This document shows positions 1 through 10,768 of a DNA stretch of 32,000 nt, in pieces. A program made the position numbers and the translations under genes. This DNA is from Acidothermus cellulolyticus 11B. Its GTDB lineage: Bacteria > Actinomycetota > Actinomycetes > Acidothermales > Acidothermaceae. The notes beneath the pieces are model-generated. The model searched no databases. It had not been told where the DNA came from and saw only the letters and a list, made by a program, of their open reading frames with translations. Location: the NCBI RefSeq assembly GCF_000015025.1, contig NC_008578.1, positions 1,440,001 through 1,472,000 on the forward strand. The letters are read 5' to 3'. How positions within the stretch are numbered: position 1 is the stretch's first letter; every line of letters begins with the position of its first letter.

Positions 1-743
1 GGACCGCCGATCTCGAACCGCCCGGTCGGGTTGACGAGCAAGGTGTAGTCAGAGACGTCGATTCCGAGATCAACAAGCTCCGGCGCCACCACGTATTCGG
101 CGATGTCCGGCGCGAGAAGCGTGTCAATGTCGATGTCCGGCGCGTGCTGGGTGGATACGACCACTGTGTCGAGCCGCACCGGCTTGTCCCGCTCGTACTC
201 GATGGTCACCTGAGTCTTGCCGTCCGGCCTGAGGTACGGGACGATCCCTTCCTTGCGCACCCAGGCCAGCCGGCGGGCCAACCGGTGCGCGAGCGCGATA
301 GGCAGCGGCATCAGCTCGGGCGTGTCGTCGCAGGCGTAGCCGACCATCATGCCCTGATCCCCGGCACCCTGGCGGTCGAGTTCGTCCACCGCCTCGCCGT
401 GCCTGGCCTCATAGGCGTCGTCCACACCCATCGCAATGTCCGGCGACTGGGAGCCGATCGATACCGAGACACCGCAAGACCCGCCGTCGAATCCCTTCTT
501 GGACGAGTCGTAGCCGATCCCGAGAATGACATCGCGGACGATGGCCGGGATGTCCGCCCAGGCCTCGGTGGTCACCTCCCCGGCGACGTGCACTTGACCA
601 GTCGTGATCAGTGTTTCGACTGCCACCCGGCTGCGCGGATCTTCCTTGAGGAGGGCGTCAAGGATCGCGTCGCTGATCTGATCAGCGATCTTGTCCGGGT
701 GACCTTCCGTCACCGATTCCGAGGTGAACAGACGCCGGGACAA
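1..743 (-). CDS. metK: S-adenosylmethionine synthetase, N-terminal ~247 codons (3' end runs off the window start)
   Basis: Not in the ORF track because it is truncated by the window edge. My translation of the minus strand from TTG 741-743 gives [59 protein letters not shown]..., the canonical MetK N-terminus with the GHPDK motif. A GGGAG Shine-Dalgarno (rc of 750-754) lies 6 nt upstream of the TTG. Confidence 0.93.
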   Translation of the reverse strand, partial: MSRRLFTSESVTEGHPDKIADQISDAILDALLKEDPRSRVAVETLITTGQVHVAGEVTTEAWADIPAIVRDVILGIGYDSSKKGFDGGSCGVSVSIGSQSPDIAMGVDDAYEARHGEAVDELDRQGAGDQGMMVGYACDDTPELMPLPIALAHRLARRLAWVRKEGIVPYLRPDGKTQVTIEYERDKPVRLDTVVVSTQHAPDIDIDTLLAPDIAEYVVAPELVDLGIDVSDYTLLVNPTGRFEIGG

Positions 744-822
744 TCGAGGCTCCCTGGGGTGCGTAGGTGGTCGACCGAGACCGCGTGAGTTCTGCACGGA
801 CATGGTCGAAGCTGAGTCTAGG

Positions 823-2070
823 TCACCCGCCCGGTGATACGGAGGACGGACGCGCTTGGCGGGCACCAGGGAGCAATCCAGCGACGACGTCGAGGATGCG
901 GTTGGCCACCACGACTTTCGGCGCAAGCGGAACGTCGACGATGTCTGGGCTGTCCGCGACGAGGATGGACGCCGCGTTCGTGGGCACGTCGAAACCACGG
1001 TTGGGGCCGACCTCATTGATGACCAGCACGTCCACCCCCTTGGCCGCAAGCTTCGCCCGCCCCCCGGCGAGCGGGTCGGTGGTCTCTGCAGCGAATCCGA
1101 CAAGCAGCTGGCCAGGACGGCGCCGCGCGGCGAGTTCGGCCAGCACGTCCGGCGTACGGGTCAACCGGAGCGGCGGCGGGTCCGCGTCGGTCTTCTTGAT
1201 TTTTTCGGTGGCGATCTCGGCAGCCCGGAAGTCCGCAACAGCCGCGGCCATGATGACGACATCGGCCCGAGGCGCCGCGTCAAGGACGGCGGTGCGCAGC
1301 TCCTCGGTGCTCTCGACCCGGACCACCCGGCTGCCCGCTGGGTCCGGCAACGCCACATTGGCCGCGACAACCGTCACCTCGGCGCCACGGACAGCGGCGG
1401 CAGCCGCCAACGCATACCCCTGCCGGCCGGAGGATCGATTGCCGAGGAACCGAACCGGATCAATAGGCTCCCGGGTGCCGCCGGCGCTGACCAGCACCTG
1501 GCACCCGGCGAGGTCCGCAAGACCCGGCCGGTCGAGCAAGGCGAGCACAGAGTCGAAGATCGCTTCGGGTTCGGGGAGCCGGCCAACCCCGGTGTCGGGT
1601 CCGGTCAACCGGCCGACCGCCGGATCGATCACGACGTCGCCGCGGGCGCGCAGTGTCGCAACGTTCTGCGCAGTGGCCGGATGTTCCCACATCTGGGTGT
1701 GCATGGCCGGCACGAAGAGCCGCGGGCCCCGGCTCGCGAGGAGCACGTTCCCCAGCAGGTCGTCGGCCAGGCCGGTGGCGGCGCGGGCCAGCAGGTCGGC
1801 GGTGGCCGGCGCGATGACGACAAGGTCGGCGTCCGCGGCCAACCGCACGTGCGGAACGAGGTGCACGTCCTGCCACAGGTCCGACCGGACCGGCCTGCCG
1901 GAGAGAGCCTCCCAGGTAGCAGCACCAACGAACCGAAGCGCGGACTCCGTCGGGACGACGGTCACCTCGACGCCGTCCGCAACGAGCAAGCGCAGTAGCT
2001 CACAGACCTTGTATGCGGCGATCCCACCGCCCACGCCGAGCAGAACCCGCCGCGGTCGGTCCTGGGTCAT
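823..2070 (-). CDS. coaBC: Bifunctional phosphopantothenoylcysteine decarboxylase / phosphopantothenate-cysteine ligase
   Basis: 415-aa ORF. The N-terminus [22 protein letters not shown] is the flavoprotein (CoaC) fold, and the C-terminal half ([24 protein letters not shown]) is the CoaB/DFP domain. Position between metK and rpoZ is the usual actinobacterial synteny. Confidence 0.95.
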   Translation of the reverse strand: MTQDRPRRVLLGVGGGIAAYKVCELLRLLVADGVEVTVVPTESALRFVGAATWEALSGRPVRSDLWQDVHLVPHVRLAADADLVVIAPATADLLARAATGLADDLLGNVLLASRGPRLFVPAMHTQMWEHPATAQNVATLRARGDVVIDPAVGRLTGPDTGVGRLPEPEAIFDSVLALLDRPGLADLAGCQVLVSAGGTREPIDPVRFLGNRSSGRQGYALAAAAAVRGAEVTVVAANVALPDPAGSRVVRVESTEELRTAVLDAAPRADVVIMAAAVADFRAAEIATEKIKKTDADPPPLRLTRTPDVLAELAARRRPGQLLVGFAAETTDPLAGGRAKLAAKGVDVLVINEVGPNRGFDVPTNAASILVADSPDIVDVPLAPKVVVANRILDVVAGLLPGARQARPSSVSPGG

Positions 2071-2088
2071 CGCCGGGCCGTCCCGCGG

Positions 2089-2352
2089 CTACTGCTCGAT
2101 CGGCTCGGCGGTGAGCAGACCCGCGTTGATCTCGCGCAGTGCGATGGAGAGCGGTTTCTCCGTCGGATACGTTTCGACGAGCGGTCCGACATACTCCAGC
2201 AGTCCCTCGCCAAGCTGGGCGTAGTACGCGTTGATCTGACGAGCCCGCTTCGCCGCGTAGATCACCAGCGCGTACTTGTTGTCACAGACCTTGAGCAGCT
2301 CGTCAATCGGCGGATTCGTGATTCCCTCAGGGACGGCGACGGTTCCAGCCAC
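2089..2352 (-). CDS. rpoZ: DNA-directed RNA polymerase subunit omega
   Basis: 87-aa ORF with a GTG start. The motif [19 protein letters not shown] is typical of omega. It lies between gmk and coaBC. Confidence 0.95.
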   Translation of the reverse strand: MAGTVAVPEGITNPPIDELLKVCDNKYALVIYAAKRARQINAYYAQLGEGLLEYVGPLVETYPTEKPLSIALREINAGLLTAEPIEQ

Positions 2353-2457
2353 GGTGGTCTCTTTCGGATCAGTCGACGGATTCTGGGCTCATGCGGGTCA
2401 GCATCTGCGGCGGGCTCGACGGTCGCCCGGCCTCGGCGATCCACCCACGACCACCAG

Positions 2458-3102
2458 CTACGGTGCACTCGGCGGACCGGGTTGCTCATGCGGACAACCG
2501 TCCAAGCGCAATAAGGTTATCAACTCCTGACAGGCCTGCTCGACCGACGTGTTGACGACGACGGCGTCAAACTCCCCGGCCGCAGCCATCTCAACCTCAG
2601 CGCGTTTCAAGCGCGCACGAACGTCGGCGTCGTCCTCCGTCCCCCGGCCGATGAGCCGCCGGCGCAGTTCCGCCCAACTCGGCGGAGCAAGGAAGACGGC
2701 GAACGCGTCCGGCAACGCGGCCCGCACCTGCCGGGCGCCCTGCAGGTCGATCTCCAGCAGGACGGGGATCCCGGCGGCAACCCGCTCCTCGACCGGACGC
2801 CGCGGCGTGCCGTACCAGTGCTCCCCGTACCGCGCATATTCGAGGAATTCACCCGCCGCGACCATCCGGGCAAATTCCGTGTCGTCGACGAAGCGGTAGG
2901 TGCGCCCGTCGATTTCCCCCGGCCGCGGGGCACGGGTGGTCACCGAGACCGAGACCCAGAGCCTGGGCACCCGCCGGGAGAGCTCGGCCACGACAGTCCC
3001 TTTGCCGACGCCGGATGGTCCGGACAGGACGGTCAGCGGAACGGGCCGGCACCCGGCGGCGTCGCCCTTAGGTGATCCGGTCACGCCGGCCCGGCCAGCC
3101 AT
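2458..3102 (-). CDS. gmk: Guanylate kinase
   Basis: P-loop LSGPSGVGKGT plus the guanylate kinase core (SVTTRAPRPGEIDGRTYRFV, YGT). The ORF-track start at 3282 would read through most of mihF, so I trimmed to the in-frame ATG at 3100-3102 (214 aa). GTG 3084 is an alternative start. The 5' end overlaps the mihF 3' end by 35 nt. Confidence 0.9.
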   Translation of the reverse strand: MAGRAGVTGSPKGDAAGCRPVPLTVLSGPSGVGKGTVVAELSRRVPRLWVSVSVTTRAPRPGEIDGRTYRFVDDTEFARMVAAGEFLEYARYGEHWYGTPRRPVEERVAAGIPVLLEIDLQGARQVRAALPDAFAVFLAPPSWAELRRRLIGRGTEDDADVRARLKRAEVEMAAAGEFDAVVVNTSVEQACQELITLLRLDGCPHEQPGPPSAP

Positions 3103-3409
3103 CGAACTCCGCGACCAACGCCTCCCGTTGCCGCGGCCCCAACCCGCGCACCCGGCGGGACGCGGCGATGCCAAGCCGTTCCATGATCTGAGCGGCGCGT
3201 GCTCGGCCGATGCCCGGAAGCGCCTGAAGCAGGGCGCTGACCCGCATTCTGCCGACCACCTCGTCGTCCTGGCCGAGGGCAAGGATCGCAGCGAGCGATT
3301 CTTCCGATCTCTTCAACCGATCACGCAACTCGGCCCGCCGGGCGCGGGCTGCTGCGGCCTTCGCTAGCGCCTCGGCTCGCTGGCTAGCGGAGAGCGGCGG
3401 CAAGGGCAT
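3068..3409 (-). CDS. mihF: Actinobacterial integration host factor (MihF / sIHF family)
   Basis: 113-aa ORF with the motif VSALLQALPGIGRARAAQIMERLGI, typical of mIHF/sIHF. GGAGG Shine-Dalgarno 9 nt upstream of the ATG. Conserved position upstream of gmk. Confidence 0.9.
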   Translation of the reverse strand: MPLPPLSASQRAEALAKAAAARARRAELRDRLKRSEESLAAILALGQDDEVVGRMRVSALLQALPGIGRARAAQIMERLGIAASRRVRGLGPRQREALVAEFDGWPGRRDRIT

Positions 3410-3510
3410 GGCCGATCACCTCCGGCAGGATGCTAGCCGACGTCCGCGCGAGCCGCCCGGCCCCAATCCCCCAGCCGCCGGCAGGTCGCCGGAACGGGAG
3501 ATCCGCAGGA

Positions 3511-3539
3511 AAGGTAGCGGGTCCGGGCGCTTTCGGCAA
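3511..3539 (-). promoter_or_regulatory. Candidate housekeeping-type promoter for mihF-gmk-rpoZ (TTGCCG-N17-TACCTT)
   Basis: The minus strand reads TTGCCG (rc of 3534-3539), a 17-nt spacer, then TACCTT (rc of 3511-3516, fits TANNNT). It lies about 100 nt upstream of the mihF ATG in the 213-bp pyrF-mihF spacer. Pattern match only. Confidence 0.4.
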
Positions 3540-3622
3540 CCGCCACGCCGAGCGCGAGCCGATGGCGGCGCGGGTTGCGCCGGCAGTCCGTGCTCCAACG
3601 CGGCTGGCGTGTCCCCGCAGGC

Positions 3623-4339
3623 TCAGGCGAGGGCTCGGCGCAACTGCGCGGCGAGGGAGGCGGCCGCAGCACCCGGGTCGGCAGCGCGGATCACCGGCCG
3701 GCCGATCACCAGCAGATTCGCGCCGTCGGCCAGTGCCCGTTCCGGCGTGCCGACCCGGGCCTGATCCTGCAGTGCGGTTCCGGCCGGCCGGACCCCCGGC
3801 GTGATCAGGACCACGTCGGGTCCCACCTCGGCGCGTACCGCCGCGACCTCCTGCGGCGAGCAGACCACCGCCCGGGCCCCGGCGTCCACCGCGAGCACCG
3901 CCAGCCGGCGAACGGCGTCCACCACGGTCGCCCCGAATCCCATGTCCGCGATTGCCCCGTCGTCAAGGCTGGTGAGCACCGTCACTGCGGTGATCAAGAC
4001 GTCGGGAGCGGCGTCCGCGGCGGCACGGATCATTGCCCGGCCGCCGGCGGCGTGCACCGTCAGATACGTGGGACGGACCCGGGCCACGGCTCGGGCGGCG
4101 CCGGCGACCGTATTGGGAATGTCGTGCAGCTTGAGGTCGAGGAAGACGTCCAGCCCACTGCCGCCGCGAACGCTGGCCACGGCGTCGGGTCCGTAGCGGG
4201 TGAAGAGTTCAAGCCCGACCTTGACCGCGCTGACGTGCGGTTCGACGAGTCGGGCCCACCGGCTGGCTTCGTCGAGATCGGGTGTGTCGAGCGCGACCGC
4301 GATCGGTGCGCGGCCGGCGCGGACCGGGTCCGGCGTCAT
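3623..4339 (-). CDS. pyrF: Orotidine 5'-phosphate decarboxylase
   Basis: 238-aa ORF with IAVALD...VKVGLELF...FLDLKLHDIPNTV motifs. AGGGGAG Shine-Dalgarno 8 nt upstream of the ATG. Last gene of the pyr operon. Confidence 0.93.
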   Translation of the reverse strand: MTPDPVRAGRAPIAVALDTPDLDEASRWARLVEPHVSAVKVGLELFTRYGPDAVASVRGGSGLDVFLDLKLHDIPNTVAGAARAVARVRPTYLTVHAAGGRAMIRAAADAAPDVLITAVTVLTSLDDGAIADMGFGATVVDAVRRLAVLAVDAGARAVVCSPQEVAAVRAEVGPDVVLITPGVRPAGTALQDQARVGTPERALADGANLLVIGRPVIRAADPGAAAASLAAQLRRALA

Positions 4340-4354
4340 CGTCGCAGCTCCCCT

Positions 4355-5410
4355 CTATCGCCGAGCGCCGAGGAAATCGTCACCGCGCGCCAGGGAATCG
4401 CCACCCTCCGCCACGGAACCGCCGCGGTGCGCCAGGCCGATCACATCGCTGACCCGCTGGAAGCCCCGGGCGGCAAGCGCCTCGGCAAGCTCATCACGGA
4501 TCCGGGCTGGTGCGCTCGGATCGTGGAAGATTTCCGTCCCGACGCTGACCGCACACGCTCCGGCGAGCAGGAACTGCAGGGCATCCAAGCCGCTTCGTAT
4601 TCCACCCATGCCGATGATCGGTACGTCCGGGAGTGCGGCGTGCACCTGCCAGACACAGCGGACCGCGACCGGGCGGATCGCCGGACCTGACAGACCACCG
4701 GTGACCCCGGAGAGCGCGGGCCGCAGGGTTTCGGTATCGATCACCAGCCCGAGGAGCGTGTTGATCAGCGAGAGGCCGTCCGCGCCGGCGGCGACACACG
4801 CCGTGGCGACGGCCACGATGTCGGTGACGTCCGGGGAGAGTTTCGCGAAGACAGGGACCGCCGGGTCCGCGGCTTCCCGGACGGCGGCCAGCACAGCGCT
4901 GGCGGCCCGCGGATCGCAGGCGAACACCTGGCCGCGGTCCTCCACGTTGGGGCAGGAGATGTTCACCTCGAGCGCCACGACCGGAGCGGCACCCCGGAGC
5001 CGGGCGGCGAGCGCCGCGTACTCCCCGACGCTCGATCCGGCAATCGACACGATCGCCCGGGCGCCATGCTCAGCCAGCCACGGCAGATCATGCTCAAGGA
5101 ATTCGTCGATTCCCGGACCTTGCAGGCCGATGCCGTTGAGCAGTCCACTCGGCGTTTCCGCCATCCGCGGTGTCGGCCGTCCCGCCCGAGGCGCCAGCAT
5201 GATCGATTTTGTCACGACCGCACCCAGCGTGGAAACGTCGACGAACTGGCCGAGCTCGCGCCCTGCCGCGGCGCAACCGGACGCCGTCGTGACCGGATTG
5301 GGCAGGACCACGGATCCCAGCTGCGTCGTCAGATCGACAGCCGGTGCGGCCGTCCGGCGTGGTGTTGCCCGCACCGCAAAGCCGGTGTGCGGTGAACCGG
5401 TGGTCGTCAT
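4355..5410 (-). CDS. pyrD: Dihydroorotate dehydrogenase, class 1B catalytic subunit
   Basis: 351-aa ORF with LPNPVTTASGC, NGIGLQGPG and NISCPN motifs of class 1 DHODH. It follows pyrK with an ATGA overlap (5407-5410). About 30 N-terminal residues are non-conserved, so a later start is possible. Confidence 0.9.
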   Translation of the reverse strand: MTTTGSPHTGFAVRATPRRTAAPAVDLTTQLGSVVLPNPVTTASGCAAAGRELGQFVDVSTLGAVVTKSIMLAPRAGRPTPRMAETPSGLLNGIGLQGPGIDEFLEHDLPWLAEHGARAIVSIAGSSVGEYAALAARLRGAAPVVALEVNISCPNVEDRGQVFACDPRAASAVLAAVREAADPAVPVFAKLSPDVTDIVAVATACVAAGADGLSLINTLLGLVIDTETLRPALSGVTGGLSGPAIRPVAVRCVWQVHAALPDVPIIGMGGIRSGLDALQFLLAGACAVSVGTEIFHDPSAPARIRDELAEALAARGFQRVSDVIGLAHRGGSVAEGGDSLARGDDFLGARR

Positions 5411-6300
5411 CGGCGTCCCATCGGCGCGGCGGTCCGCGGCCAGGTGTCGACGGGCGCGGCGTCCGAGGCTCCCCAGGCGTCCGCGGGAACGGTGCCGATG
5501 TCGTCGAACCGCACCCGCTCACCGTAGAAGACCGGACCGTCAACGCAGGACCGGACCATCCGGGTCACGCCGTCGTCACCGATCACGGGCAGGACGCAGG
5601 TCATGCAGACCCCGATGCCGCAGGCCATCTGCTCCTCGACGGCGACCTGGCACGGCACCCCCGCCGCGGCGGCTATCGCTGTGACGGCGCGGAGCATCGG
5701 CATCGGACCGCAGGCGTAGACGACGTCCGCGCCGGTGGCGGACAGCACCTCGGGGAGCACGTCAGAGACCATGCCGCGGACGCCGACCGACCCGTCGACC
5801 GTGGTGACCGTGAGGGTGGCCGACATGCGCTTGGCCTCCAAGGTGCCGAAGAGCCGGTCCTCGGTGGCGGCGCCAAGGATGACGTCGATGCGGCAGCCCC
5901 GCGCGCGCAACGCCTCCGCGAGCGGGAAGAGCGGCGCCGCGCCGTACCCGCCGCCGACCAGCACGCAGGTGGCCGGTTGCTTCGGGAGGGAGAACGGCCG
6001 GCCCAGGGGACCCACGAGGTCGATGACGTCGTGCGGCTGACGGGCCGCCAGCCACGCAGTGCCCGCGCCGACGACCGCGAACACCACCTCGACGGTTCCG
6101 CCGAACACCCCGCGCGGCCGGACCTGGTAAATGGAGAAAGCCCGGCGGGTCAGCATGCTGGTCGGTTCGTCGCCGACGGCGACGGTGACGAACTGGCCGG
6201 GCTTGGCCTGTTCGGCGATCCCCGGGGCGACCACGCTCACCAGGTGGTAGGCGCCGGCGCGCCGGTTGGCGAGCACCTCGCCGCGCACCTGGACGGGCAT
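5407..6300 (-). CDS. pyrK: Dihydroorotate dehydrogenase electron-transfer subunit (FAD / 2Fe-2S)
   Basis: 297-aa ferredoxin-reductase-like ORF. It has the RRAFSI flavin motif, the VLVGGGYGAAPL nucleotide-binding motif, and a C-terminal Cys cluster CGIGVCMTC...C. Its start overlaps the carB stop by 1 nt (TGATG). Confidence 0.9.
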   Translation of the reverse strand: MPVQVRGEVLANRRAGAYHLVSVVAPGIAEQAKPGQFVTVAVGDEPTSMLTRRAFSIYQVRPRGVFGGTVEVVFAVVGAGTAWLAARQPHDVIDLVGPLGRPFSLPKQPATCVLVGGGYGAAPLFPLAEALRARGCRIDVILGAATEDRLFGTLEAKRMSATLTVTTVDGSVGVRGMVSDVLPEVLSATGADVVYACGPMPMLRAVTAIAAAAGVPCQVAVEEQMACGIGVCMTCVLPVIGDDGVTRMVRSCVDGPVFYGERVRFDDIGTVPADAWGASDAAPVDTWPRTAAPMGRR

Positions 6301-9300
6301 CAGGAGCTCCTTCGGGCGGCGCGGAGCGCAACCGCGTGCTCTTGCAGGCTGCGCACGGTGACGTCACCCCGGAGCAGCGCCTCGATGCCTTGGACGCAGG
6401 CCGCGAGCCCCTGCACGGTCGTCATGCAGGGAATGCCACGCCGGACGGCGGCGGTGCGGATTTCGTAGCCGTCGACCCGAGGGCCGAGGCCGAACGGGGT
6501 GTTCACGATGAGGTCGATCTCGCCGTCCAGGATTCTCGTCACGATCGTGGGTTCGCCGTGCGGTCCCGGACCGTCGCTGTGTTTGCGGACGACGGTCACC
6601 TGCACGCCGTTGCGGCGAAGGACGTGCGCGGTGCCTTCGGTGGCAAGGATTTCGAAACCGAGGTCGGCGAGCCGCTTGATGGGGAAGATGATGGCCCGCT
6701 TGTCGCGATTGGCGACCGAGACGAAGGCACGCCCTTTGGTCGGCAGCGAACCGTACGCCGCGGCCTGCGACTTCGCGAAGGCGATGCCGAATTCCGTGTC
6801 AATGCCCATGACCTCGCCGGTGGACTTCATCTCCGGACCAAGCAGGGTGTCGACACCCCGGAACCGGCCGAACGGCAGGACGGCTTCCTTGACGGCGACC
6901 GACGCGTTCGGCGGCAGGTCCGTGCCGTCGCCGGCGGGCGGTAGCAGCCCCTCGGCGCGGAGCTCGCGGATGCGGGCGCCGAGCATGATGCGGGCGGCCG
7001 CCTTGGCCACCGGCACGTCGGTGGCCTTGGAGACAAACGGCACGGTGCGGCTGGCCCGGGGATTGGCTTCGAGCACGTACAGCACATCGCCGGCAATCGC
7101 GTACTGCACATTGAGCAGACCGCGGACCCCGACACCTTCGGCGATGGCCCGCGTCGATTCCCGGATCCGGCGGATGTCATCGGAGCCAAGGGTGATGGGC
7201 GGCAGCACACAGGCGGAATCACCGGAGTGAATTCCGGCCTCTTCAATGTGCTCCATCACCCCGGCGATGTACAGCTCCTCGCCGTCGAAGAGTGCATCGA
7301 CGTCAATTTCCACGGCGTCGTCGAGGAACCGGTCAATCAGCACCGGGTGTTCCGGGCTGGCCTCGGTGGCTCTCGCCATGTACTCCTCGAGCATGCCTGC
7401 GTCGTACACGATTTCCATGCCGCGGCCGCCGAGGACGTAACTGGGCCGGACCAACACCGGATATCCGATCTCGTCGGCGATGCGCCGGGCCTCCGCGTAC
7501 GACGTCGCCGTGCCGTACCGGGGGGCGGGCAGGCCGGCGCGACGGAGCACCTCGCCGAATGCACCCCGGTCCTCCGCCAAGTGAATGGACGCCGGCGGCG
7601 TACCGACGATCGGCACTCCCTCCGCCTCGAGAGCCCGGGCGAGTTTGAGCGGCGTCTGACCGCCGAGCTGCACGATGACACCCGCGATCGGACCGGCCTG
7701 CTGTTCGGCGTGCACGACTTCGAGGACGTCTTCCAAGGTGAGGGGCTCGAAGTACAGCCGGTCGCTGGTGTCGTAGTCGGTGGAGACCGTTTCGGGGTTG
7801 CAGTTCACCATGACAGTCCGGAAACCCGCATCCCGCAAGGCGAAACTTGCGTGCACGCAGGAGTAATCGAATTCGACGCCCTGACCGATCCGGTTCGGCC
7901 CCGAGCCGAGGATGACGACGGCCGGTTCGGCCCGCGGGGCCACCTCGGACTCCTCGTCGTAACTCGAGTAAAAGTACGGTGTTTCCGCGGCGAACTCCCC
8001 GGCGCAGGTATCGACCGTCTTGAACACCGGCCGGATGCCGAGCGTGTGCCGGCGGCGCCGGATCTCGTCCTCCGTGACACCGCGAATCTCGCCGATCTGC
8101 GCGTCAGAGAATCCGTAACGCTTGGCGTACCGCAGCAGCTCGGCGTCCAGCTCGGCGGCGTCGCGAAGCTCCTCCGCGATGCCGTGGAGAAGCGCGATTT
8201 GGTCCAGAAACCACGGATCGATGCCCGAGGCTGCATGAAGCTCGTCGACGGTGGCCCCGGCGCGGAGGGCTTGCTGGACGGTCACGATGCGTCCGTCGTG
8301 CGGACGGCGGACCCGCTCGAGCAGCGCCGACTTGTCCTCGACCGGACCGGACCAGCGGAAGACAGCTCCGGATTTCTCCGTCGACCGTAATGCCTTCTGC
8401 AGAGCCTCGGGGAAATTCCGCCCGATCGCCATTGCCTCGCCGACGCTTTTCATGGTGGTGGTCAGCGTATCGTCGGCTCCCGGGAACTTCTCGAAGGCGA
8501 ACCGCGGAACTTTGACCACCACGTAGTCGATGGTCGGCTCGAAGCTCGCCGGCGTCTTCTTCGTGATGTCGTTGGGAATTTCGTCGAGTGTGTAGCCGAG
8601 CGCCAGCTTCGCGGCGATTTTCGCGATGGGAAAACCGGTCGCCTTGCTCGCCAGCGCCGATGACCGAGACACCCGCGGATTCAGCTCGATGACGATGACC
8701 CGGCCGGTCTTCGGATCGACGGCGAACTGGATATTGCATCCGCCGGTGTCCACCCCGACGGCCCGCAGGACGGCAATGGCGATGTCCCGGAGCTTCTGGT
8801 ACTCCCGGTCGGTCAACGTGAGGGCCGGTGCGACGGTGATGGAATCACCCGTGTGCACCCCCATCGGATCCAAATTCTCGATGGGGCAGACCACCACGAC
8901 GTTGTCGTTGCGGTCCCGCATCAGCTCCAGCTCGTACTCCTTCCATCCGAGAACGGATTCTTCGAGGAGCACTTCGTGCGTCGGGCTGGCATGCAGGCCG
9001 GCGCCGGCGATCCGCTCGAGGTCCTCTGCGTTATAGGCAATCCCGCTGCCGGCACCGCCGAGGGTGAAGGACGGCCGGACGACGACGGGGTACCCGAGAT
9101 CACGAACCGCGGCGAAACAATCCTCGAGACTGTGGCAGATGGCCGACCGCGCGTTCTCGGCGCCGACGCTTTCGACAATTTCCTTGAACCGCTGCCGATT
9201 CTCGCCGGCCTGGATCGCGTTGATGTCAGCACCGATGAGTTCGACGCCGTACTTCTCCAGCACTCCGGCCTCATGCAGCGCGACCGCGGTATTGAGCGCG

Positions 9301-9581
9301 GTCTGGCCGCCCAGAGTTGCGAGCAACGCGTCCGGCCGCTCTTTGGCGATGATTTTCTCGACGTACTCGGGGGTAATGGGCTCAACGTAGGTGGCATCGG
9401 CGAATTCCGGATCGGTCATGATGGTGGCCGGATTGGAATTCACCAAGATGACCCGCAGCCCTTCCGCCTTCAACACCCGGCACGCCTGCGTCCCCGAGTA
9501 GTCGAATTCACAAGCCTGACCAATGACGATCGGCCCAGAGCCGATCACGAGGACCGAGTGGAGATCGGTGCGGCGCGGCAT
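6300..9581 (-). CDS. carB: Carbamoyl-phosphate synthase large subunit
   Basis: Conserved N-terminus [32 protein letters not shown] starts at ATG 9579-9581 (1093 aa) and there are two ATP-grasp halves. The 45 upstream codons in the ORF track overlap carA and were rejected. The start overlaps the carA stop by 1 nt. Confidence 0.96.
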   Translation of the reverse strand: MPRRTDLHSVLVIGSGPIVIGQACEFDYSGTQACRVLKAEGLRVILVNSNPATIMTDPEFADATYVEPITPEYVEKIIAKERPDALLATLGGQTALNTAVALHEAGVLEKYGVELIGADINAIQAGENRQRFKEIVESVGAENARSAICHSLEDCFAAVRDLGYPVVVRPSFTLGGAGSGIAYNAEDLERIAGAGLHASPTHEVLLEESVLGWKEYELELMRDRNDNVVVVCPIENLDPMGVHTGDSITVAPALTLTDREYQKLRDIAIAVLRAVGVDTGGCNIQFAVDPKTGRVIVIELNPRVSRSSALASKATGFPIAKIAAKLALGYTLDEIPNDITKKTPASFEPTIDYVVVKVPRFAFEKFPGADDTLTTTMKSVGEAMAIGRNFPEALQKALRSTEKSGAVFRWSGPVEDKSALLERVRRPHDGRIVTVQQALRAGATVDELHAASGIDPWFLDQIALLHGIAEELRDAAELDAELLRYAKRYGFSDAQIGEIRGVTEDEIRRRRHTLGIRPVFKTVDTCAGEFAAETPYFYSSYDEESEVAPRAEPAVVILGSGPNRIGQGVEFDYSCVHASFALRDAGFRTVMVNCNPETVSTDYDTSDRLYFEPLTLEDVLEVVHAEQQAGPIAGVIVQLGGQTPLKLARALEAEGVPIVGTPPASIHLAEDRGAFGEVLRRAGLPAPRYGTATSYAEARRIADEIGYPVLVRPSYVLGGRGMEIVYDAGMLEEYMARATEASPEHPVLIDRFLDDAVEIDVDALFDGEELYIAGVMEHIEEAGIHSGDSACVLPPITLGSDDIRRIRESTRAIAEGVGVRGLLNVQYAIAGDVLYVLEANPRASRTVPFVSKATDVPVAKAAARIMLGARIRELRAEGLLPPAGDGTDLPPNASVAVKEAVLPFGRFRGVDTLLGPEMKSTGEVMGIDTEFGIAFAKSQAAAYGSLPTKGRAFVSVANRDKRAIIFPIKRLADLGFEILATEGTAHVLRRNGVQVTVVRKHSDGPGPHGEPTIVTRILDGEIDLIVNTPFGLGPRVDGYEIRTAAVRRGIPCMTTVQGLAACVQGIEALLRGDVTVRSLQEHAVALRAARRSS

Positions 9582-10768
9582 CAGCACGTCCCTTCGTCGT
9601 CGAGCCGTCCTGTGGACATCAGGTGAACGAAGCGGTCGAAGAGATACCCGGCGTCGTGCGGCCCGGCGGCGGCTTCCGGATGGTATTGCACGGAGAATGC
9701 CGGTACATCCAGGCATTCCAGGCCCTCGACCACCCCGTCGTTGAGGCAGACGTGGCTCACCCGCACCCGCCCGAACGGTGTCTCGGCGATGCCATCCAGC
9801 GGAGCGTCGACCGCGAAACCGTGGTTATGCGCCGTGATCTCCACCTTCCCGGTACGCCGGTCAGCGACCGGTTGGTTGATGCCGCGATGCCCGTACCGCA
9901 ATTTGTACGTACCGAATCCCAGCGCGCGGCCGAGGAGTTGGTTTCCAAAGCAAATACCGAAGAACGGAATGCGGCGCGCCAGAACCTCCCCGAGCACCCG
10001 CACCGGCCCGGTGGTGGCCGCCGGGTCGCCGGGACCGTTGGAGAAGAATACGCCGTCCGGCTCGCACGCAAGAATGTCATCGATGGTCGCCCACGCCGGC
10101 AACACGTGGACGTCGATTCCCCGCTGCGCCATGAGTTTCGGCGTCATTGCCTTGATGCCGAGGTCGACCGCGGCGACGGTGAACCGTTTCGCTCCCTGCG
10201 CCGGTACCACGTACGGTTCGCGGGTGCAGACCTCTTCAGCAAGGTCGGCACCGACCATTGACGGAGCAGCCAGCACTTTCTCCAATAGCGCCTGCGGATC
10301 CGGGTCAATGCTGGAAATCCCCACCCGCATCGCACCGCGTTCGCGCAGGTGCCGAGTCAACGCCCGCGTATCAATGCCGCAGATTCCGACGACGCCGTAC
10401 CGGGCGAGCTCGTCATCGAGGGTGCGCTGCGCTCGCCAATTCGACGGGATCCGCGCCGGGTCACGGACGACGTATCCGCTCACCCAGATCCGCGCGGATT
10501 CGGGGTCTTCGTCGTTCACGCCGGTGTTGCCGATGTGCGGCGCCGTCATGACGACGACCTGCTTGTGGTAGCTCGGATCGGTGAGCGTCTCCTGGTAGCC
10601 CGTCATGCCGGTGGCGAACACGGCCTCACCGAACGTCTCACCGATCACGCCGTACGCCCGGCCGTGGAAGGTCCGCCCGTCCTCCAGGACGAGGACCGCC
10701 GGCGGTCGGGCCCGCAGCGACGTGCCGGCGGGAACCGCGGTGGGCACAGACCCGTTGCCCCCGGTCAT
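9581..10768 (-). CDS. carA: Carbamoyl-phosphate synthase small (glutaminase) subunit
   Basis: Trimmed to ATG 10766-10768 (395 aa), which makes an ATGA overlap with the pyrC stop. Motifs: [13 protein letters not shown], the nucleophile-Cys motif [10 protein letters not shown], and HNHGFAV. The longer ORF-track start (11113) lies inside pyrC. Confidence 0.95.
   Translation of the reverse strand: MTGGNGSVPTAVPAGTSLRARPPAVLVLEDGRTFHGRAYGVIGETFGEAVFATGMTGYQETLTDPSYHKQVVVMTAPHIGNTGVNDEDPESARIWVSGYVVRDPARIPSNWRAQRTLDDELARYGVVGICGIDTRALTRHLRERGAMRVGISSIDPDPQALLEKVLAAPSMVGADLAEEVCTREPYVVPAQGAKRFTVAAVDLGIKAMTPKLMAQRGIDVHVLPAWATIDDILACEPDGVFFSNGPGDPAATTGPVRVLGEVLARRIPFFGICFGNQLLGRALGFGTYKLRYGHRGINQPVADRRTGKVEITAHNHGFAVDAPLDGIAETPFGRVRVSHVCLNDGVVEGLECLDVPAFSVQYHPEAAAGPHDAGYLFDRFVHLMSTGRLDDEGTC

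Noticed and set aside
744-822. SAM riboswitch upstream of metK.
   Set aside because: The coaBC-metK spacer is only 79 nt, including the Shine-Dalgarno, which is too short for a SAM-I or SAM-IV aptamer plus expression platform. No conserved aptamer motifs were seen.
767-2224. 485-aa plus-strand ORF (and several other long ORFs) antisense to coaBC. Similar long shadow ORFs occur opposite pyrD/pyrF (4200-5684), pyrB (12168-13034), aroC (18227-19558) and pilD (22846-23937).
   Set aside because: Their products are Ala/Arg/Ser/Thr/Pro-rich low-complexity sequences with no recognisable motifs. The opposite strand encodes clearly conserved proteins. Long antisense ORFs are expected in DNA of about 70% G+C because stop codons are rare.
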